Source of the DNA: an uncultured virus (IMG/VR IMGVR_UViG_2700989568_000007)
Taxonomy: Duplodnaviria; Heunggongvirae; Uroviricota; Caudoviricetes
DNA: 20,000 nt
Virus record (IMG/VR): IMGVR_UViG_2700989568_000007
Reading direction: 5' to 3' (one strand)
Below, one piece after another: positions 16,448 through 20,000 of the stretch. The first letter of the stretch is position 1. Each line of letters opens with the position of its first letter. Below the pieces are notes generated by a model. That model saw only the letters and a program-made list of their open reading frames with translations. It did no database searches and was not told the origin of the DNA. The position numbers and the translations under genes were made by a program.

Positions 16448-17224
16448 ATGGGAAACAAACGTAAACAGGCGCGACGTGCAGCTCGCCAGGCGCTTAAGTC
16501 AAAATCGCGTATCCTTGGCTACGAGATCGACACTATTATCGTAGACGAGGTGGCCTCCGCCGCCCCTGCTCTGCCCCCAAAACCGAAGCGTGATACTTCC
16601 CCCATAGAGGCACGCAACGAAGCCCAGGCCCACTATCTTATCTCTCTTGATAGCAAAGCACTGACCTTCGCCACTGGCGAAGCCGGCTGCGGTAAAACCT
16701 TCCTGGCGACGGCAGTCGCGGCACAGCGATTACTCGATAAGGAAGTAGAGCGAATTATCGTTACGCGCCCCGTACTGCAGGCAGAGGAGGATTTGGGCTT
16801 CCTGCCTGGCGATATGGCCGAGAAGTTCGCTCCGTTCTTTCGTCCCGTCTACGATGTGCTGCAGAAGCGCCTGGGCGCTTCATTTCTCGAATACTGCCTA
16901 AAGCCTGAGGTGGCTAAAGTCGAGATCGCCCCCTTCGCATACATGCGCGGTCGCACGTTCGAAAACGCTGTGGTGATCCTCGATGAGGCCCAGAACGTGA
17001 CGGCGTCACAAATGAAGATGTTCCTGACTCGGATGGGTGAGAACGTAACGGTCATCGTGAATGGTGATGTAACCCAATGCGATCTGCCGGGTAATGTTAA
17101 ATCTGGTCTTGAGGACGCCCTGCAGCGGTTCCGGCCATCTCGCCAGGTAGGGCTCATTGAGTTCACGGCCGAAGATTGCGTGCGCTCTGAGCTGTGCAAA
17201 GTGGCGCTTCAAGCCTATCTGTAA
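16448..17224 (+). CDS. phoH: PhoH-family ATPase
   Basis: GEAGCGKT Walker A, LGFLPGD, YMRGRTF, ILDEAQN, FLTRMGE and GDVTQCD motifs; AAAGGA RBS before ATG 16448. Confidence 0.95.
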   Translation: MGNKRKQARRAARQALKSKSRILGYEIDTIIVDEVASAAPALPPKPKRDTSPIEARNEAQAHYLISLDSKALTFATGEAGCGKTFLATAVAAQRLLDKEVERIIVTRPVLQAEEDLGFLPGDMAEKFAPFFRPVYDVLQKRLGASFLEYCLKPEVAKVEIAPFAYMRGRTFENAVVILDEAQNVTASQMKMFLTRMGENVTVIVNGDVTQCDLPGNVKSGLEDALQRFRPSRQVGLIEFTAEDCVRSELCKVALQAYL

Positions 17225-17233
17225 GGAAACAAA

Positions 17234-17620
17234 ATGACTGACATGGAAATCGAAAAAGAAATCGTGGCCAAGGGAAAAACGGCCGCGCGAGTAACCCCAG
17301 AACGTATCCAAAGCGTTATCCGCGCCGAACATTATTTTACGGCCTTTGATGGCAGATCTGGCGCCCTGGCAAGTGGGACCTATGCCGGCAAAGAGGTGCC
17401 AGTTGCTGGCGACGCTGATCTTGAGTCGCTTAAATTACTGACGTTTTGTGTACTGGTGTTGGAGAACGGATTCATCGTTACCGGTGAATCAGCTTGTGCA
17501 AGCCCGGAAAACTTTGATCCGGAGATCGGTCGTAAGATTGCGCGCCAGAACGCAGTCGCTAAAATCTGGCCACTTGAAGGATATCTCTTAAAACAAAGAT
17601 TTAACAAGGCAAAACAATGA
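17234..17620 (+). CDS. Phage Gp49/Gp66-family protein
   Basis: LTFCVLVLENGFIVTGESACASPENFDPEIGRKIARQNA..KIWPLEGY signature. Confidence 0.85.
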   Translation: MTDMEIEKEIVAKGKTAARVTPERIQSVIRAEHYFTAFDGRSGALASGTYAGKEVPVAGDADLESLKLLTFCVLVLENGFIVTGESACASPENFDPEIGRKIARQNAVAKIWPLEGYLLKQRFNKAKQ

Positions 17621-17862
17621 AGTGTGTGATTTATGGCCGAGGTAATTGCTCCTTCTGTAAGCGGGCAGTTGAGCTGGCGAAGCAGCTGCAGGGGCATGGA
17701 TATGGCGAATATCAGTACATCGATATTGTCGCTGCCGGGATCGATAAACAAAAGCTGAGTGAAATGGTTGGGAAGCCGGTAGAAACCATTCCCCAGGTGT
17801 TTTTGGACGATGTTCCAATCGGCGGTTACACAGAATTTGCTGCTTTCGCAAGCACTCTGTAA
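17617..17862 (+). CDS. Glutaredoxin (GrxA-like)
   Basis: CSFC active site, ETIPQVF and IGGYTEF motifs. Confidence 0.92.
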   Translation: MKCVIYGRGNCSFCKRAVELAKQLQGHGYGEYQYIDIVAAGIDKQKLSEMVGKPVETIPQVFLDDVPIGGYTEFAAFASTL

Positions 17863-17868
17863 TACAAT

Positions 17869-17891
17869 ACGGCTCCGTTTGGGGCCGTTTT
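17869..17891 (+). terminator. Probable Rho-independent terminator
   Basis: ACGGCTCC-gttt-GGGGCCGTTTT. Confidence 0.7.
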
Positions 17892-17956
17892 GATTTGTCG
17901 CTTTTGATAACAGAGCGTACACTTAGGTACGAGCCATTTAGCTGTAAAGAGGTTTT

Positions 17957-18574
17957 ATGCATTTAGAAAATTGCCTGGAAGATATGAATGTCATTAGCAA
18001 TGCTCTTGCTACCGTGACTTCTAACGCTTCACGCTTTTCGAATGCAAATAGCACTCCGAAAGCATTCCCGAAGCGTGTACACACAAAATTTAAGATGCGT
18101 CCCCGTTTCGGCGGCCTCACAAGGTCGACGAGGCCCGGTTTTGCAGATTCCCATGAGTTCAGACTGCCGCAAACGGAAGGCATTCCGGTTGCTGAGAGTG
18201 ACACCGCAGCTCAACTTGCGGATATTGAACAAAGGCTCGCAGAGCTGACGGCGAAACACGTTCAGCTGACCCATAGCATTTCAGGTTACAGTGCGGAACA
18301 AATCCGCGAATCTTTCGGTGAAAGCCGTTACGAGGACTTGAAGAACGTTGACCTGTCCATACGCGGTTTAGAAGGCTTCGTTAACAAGTTCATCCGTGAT
18401 GCTGAACAGCCACATCCGTACCTGAAACGCTTGAGTGATGCTATCACTGAGTACCGTCTGGCGGTTTCTGACCTCCTGATGATTTTAAATCAGTGCTTTA
18501 ACGAAGTTGAGGTTATCGAATCGCAGACAGGTCTCATTGATGAGGACGTCTTCGCAAACTTCTCCTTCCATTAA
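17957..18574 (+). CDS. Hypothetical protein, candidate antitoxin partner
   Basis: 205-aa ORF with a GAGG RBS, helical with an acidic C-terminus; ends 9 nt upstream of the YafO-like gene. Confidence 0.65.
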   Translation: MHLENCLEDMNVISNALATVTSNASRFSNANSTPKAFPKRVHTKFKMRPRFGGLTRSTRPGFADSHEFRLPQTEGIPVAESDTAAQLADIEQRLAELTAKHVQLTHSISGYSAEQIRESFGESRYEDLKNVDLSIRGLEGFVNKFIRDAEQPHPYLKRLSDAITEYRLAVSDLLMILNQCFNEVEVIESQTGLIDEDVFANFSFH

Positions 18575-18583
18575 GGCTTCTCA

Positions 18584-18994
18584 ATGAAAGTCACATGGAA
18601 TAGTGATAGTTACGCCCGATTTTTGGAGCCGGTCTTCAGAGTTATGCCAGATCTGAAGACCTCCTTGCTTACTGATTTTGTGAGTTTTAAGAACGGCTTT
18701 TATCCGGCCGTTTTTGGCAAAGATGGCCCCTATACCGAACCTGGTTCTGTAGTTTCCTCTCGTGTTTACCACGTTCATCTCTTATTCACCAAGCAAGAAC
18801 GAAATAGTCACCGAAACAGGTTCAACTGTACAAGCGACCGCGCCCTCGTTTATACCCAGCACGCCAAGTTTCAGGACGTGTATAGTCTGCTGGCCATCTT
18901 CCCAAATAATGCTCACAACACGGCAAATGACAATGGAATAATGAATGACATTGCCAAATACGCTGAAGCCTTCCAGAAATTAACAAACCCGTAG
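18584..18994 (+). CDS. YafO-family type II toxin (mRNA interferase-like)
   Basis: FGKDGPY, YHVHL, TSDRALVY and LLAIF.NNAH motifs match the YafO family pattern. Confidence 0.8.
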   Translation: MKVTWNSDSYARFLEPVFRVMPDLKTSLLTDFVSFKNGFYPAVFGKDGPYTEPGSVVSSRVYHVHLLFTKQERNSHRNRFNCTSDRALVYTQHAKFQDVYSLLAIFPNNAHNTANDNGIMNDIAKYAEAFQKLTNP

Positions 18995-19057
18995 TTACCT
19001 GCAGCTCCATGCCTTTCTCATTCGTAGCGTGGTTCCATTACGATAATTTTCATATTT

Positions 19058-19417
19058 TTAGGCACTTAATCTAGTCGTTGCGCGTATGCATAAATATACA
19101 AGGAATAACGGTACAGAAAGCGGCATGCAAAATAACCACAAAATAATGAACATGCCATACACACCGCTATTCACGCCAATGTGACGATCCCAAAAGGGTT
19201 TGGTCATTATCTTAAGGGCTAGTTTCTCCGAAGTATAATATGAGAATGGGTACAGGATGGCGCTTAAAACAAGATATGTAACCACAAATGGCATATAAGG
19301 AGCATAGGCAGGAAAAATGAGTCCGTCATTCATATCGCGCACTATAAAGTAGATCAGATAGCCATAACCACACCATCCCCATAAGCAGTGCCGTAAATAA
19401 TATTTTAAGGTCATCAT
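19058..19417 (-). CDS. Colicin E1-type (pore-former) immunity protein homologue
   Basis: Three hydrophobic segments. MTLKYYL.., SAILYPFSYY..EKLA...KPFW and LFCMPLSVP parallel the ColE1 Imm pattern as recalled (MSLRYYIK..STILCPYSKYAIE..LLCLVLAIP). GAAGGA RBS. Confidence 0.7.
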   Translation of the reverse strand: MMTLKYYLRHCLWGWCGYGYLIYFIVRDMNDGLIFPAYAPYMPFVVTYLVLSAILYPFSYYTSEKLALKIMTKPFWDRHIGVNSGVYGMFIILWLFCMPLSVPLFLVYLCIRATTRLSA

Positions 19418-19724
19418 CTATGATTCCTTCATAGCTATACCGTTAAAGCTATCATATCATGAATTGACGAAGTACCCCCTTCGAGACCAGGCGGCATCGA
19501 GACAGCCATAGACGCAAACATGACTGAACTGGCACCGGACAACGATGGGACATAACGCATAGACAAGGGTGATGTCGCAAACAAACAAGCGGGAAATGAA
19601 TGACTCTGCCCAGATGACTAATTTTCAAAAAAAAGGCTTTCTATGATTCCATACTTGGTAGGTATGGAATCATTAGACAAAAGAGGGTATTTTAGGTTGA
19701 TCTCAATAAAAACAATGCCTAATA

Positions 19725-19743
19725 TACTGTATATAAACACAGT
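19725..19743. promoter_or_regulatory. LexA (SOS) box
   Basis: TACTGTATATAAACACAGT is a close match to the consensus TACTGTATATATATACAGTA (CTG-N10-CAG at 19727-19742). Confidence 0.85.
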
Positions 19744-20000
19744 GTGCGCCGGGAGACCGGTAGAGATCAAGGGGTGAAAGTCCCCGACCATTGAAGGACC
19801 AGCAATCCACAAGGTCCCCGAGTCATGCGTTGCATACCGCGAGGTATGGGGCGAAGCGTTGACAGGGGTGTTGACAGGCCAGCCATTGAGCCACGAAATG
19901 TATATTAAATTACCGGGTGCCGACGTTGTACTGTTAACGGAAGGCAACATCATAGGGTGCGATACTGCGAGTGCCACATGGACCCGGCGGGGTCTGAGAC
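19744..20000 (+). mobile_element. Group II intron, 5' end (domain I), continuing beyond the window
   Basis: Begins with GTGCG, with an abrupt AT-to-GC shift. Domain I-like elements: GGGGTGAAAGTCCCC, CCCCGAGTCATGCG, GAAGCGTTGACAGGGG and GCCATTGAGCCACGAAA. A candidate EBS1 loop is complementary to the upstream exon. Confidence 0.8.

Noticed and set aside
19618..19977. 119-aa minus-strand ORF
   Set aside because: Antisense to intron domain I and spanning the SOS box; most likely spurious.

Overview
The window looks like part of a large enterobacterial temperate phage or phage-plasmid. The gene content suggests the SSU5/pHCM2 type, inferred without a database search. Order on the + strand: end of a host-specificity/central tail fibre gene, a tail fibre with an S74 chaperone domain, a lysis cassette, a two-gene accessory module with a GNAT-like protein, parA plus a small partner, a DUF2971-like gene, a replication module (hypothetical, DnaB-like helicase, primase), hypotheticals, a truncated DNA ligase, a ~1.2 kb highly structured non-coding region with tRNA-Asn and tRNA-Ser, phoH, a Gp49-family gene, a glutaredoxin and a YafO-like toxin module. 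These are followed by an orphan colicin E1-type immunity gene on the - strand and the 5' end of a group II intron. Four observations stand out: (1) a start-codon-less tmRNA-like tag frame (ANDNQYLAVA*) with no visible tRNA-like domain, at the head of the RNA cluster; (2) an array of long RNA hairpins sharing a CACAACG/CGTTGTG motif, interleaved with the tRNAs; (3) a group II intron inserted at the end of a LexA box, whose predicted EBS1/EBS2 are complementary to SOS-box sequence; (4) a recurrent 14-bp palindromic operator in front of several operons.
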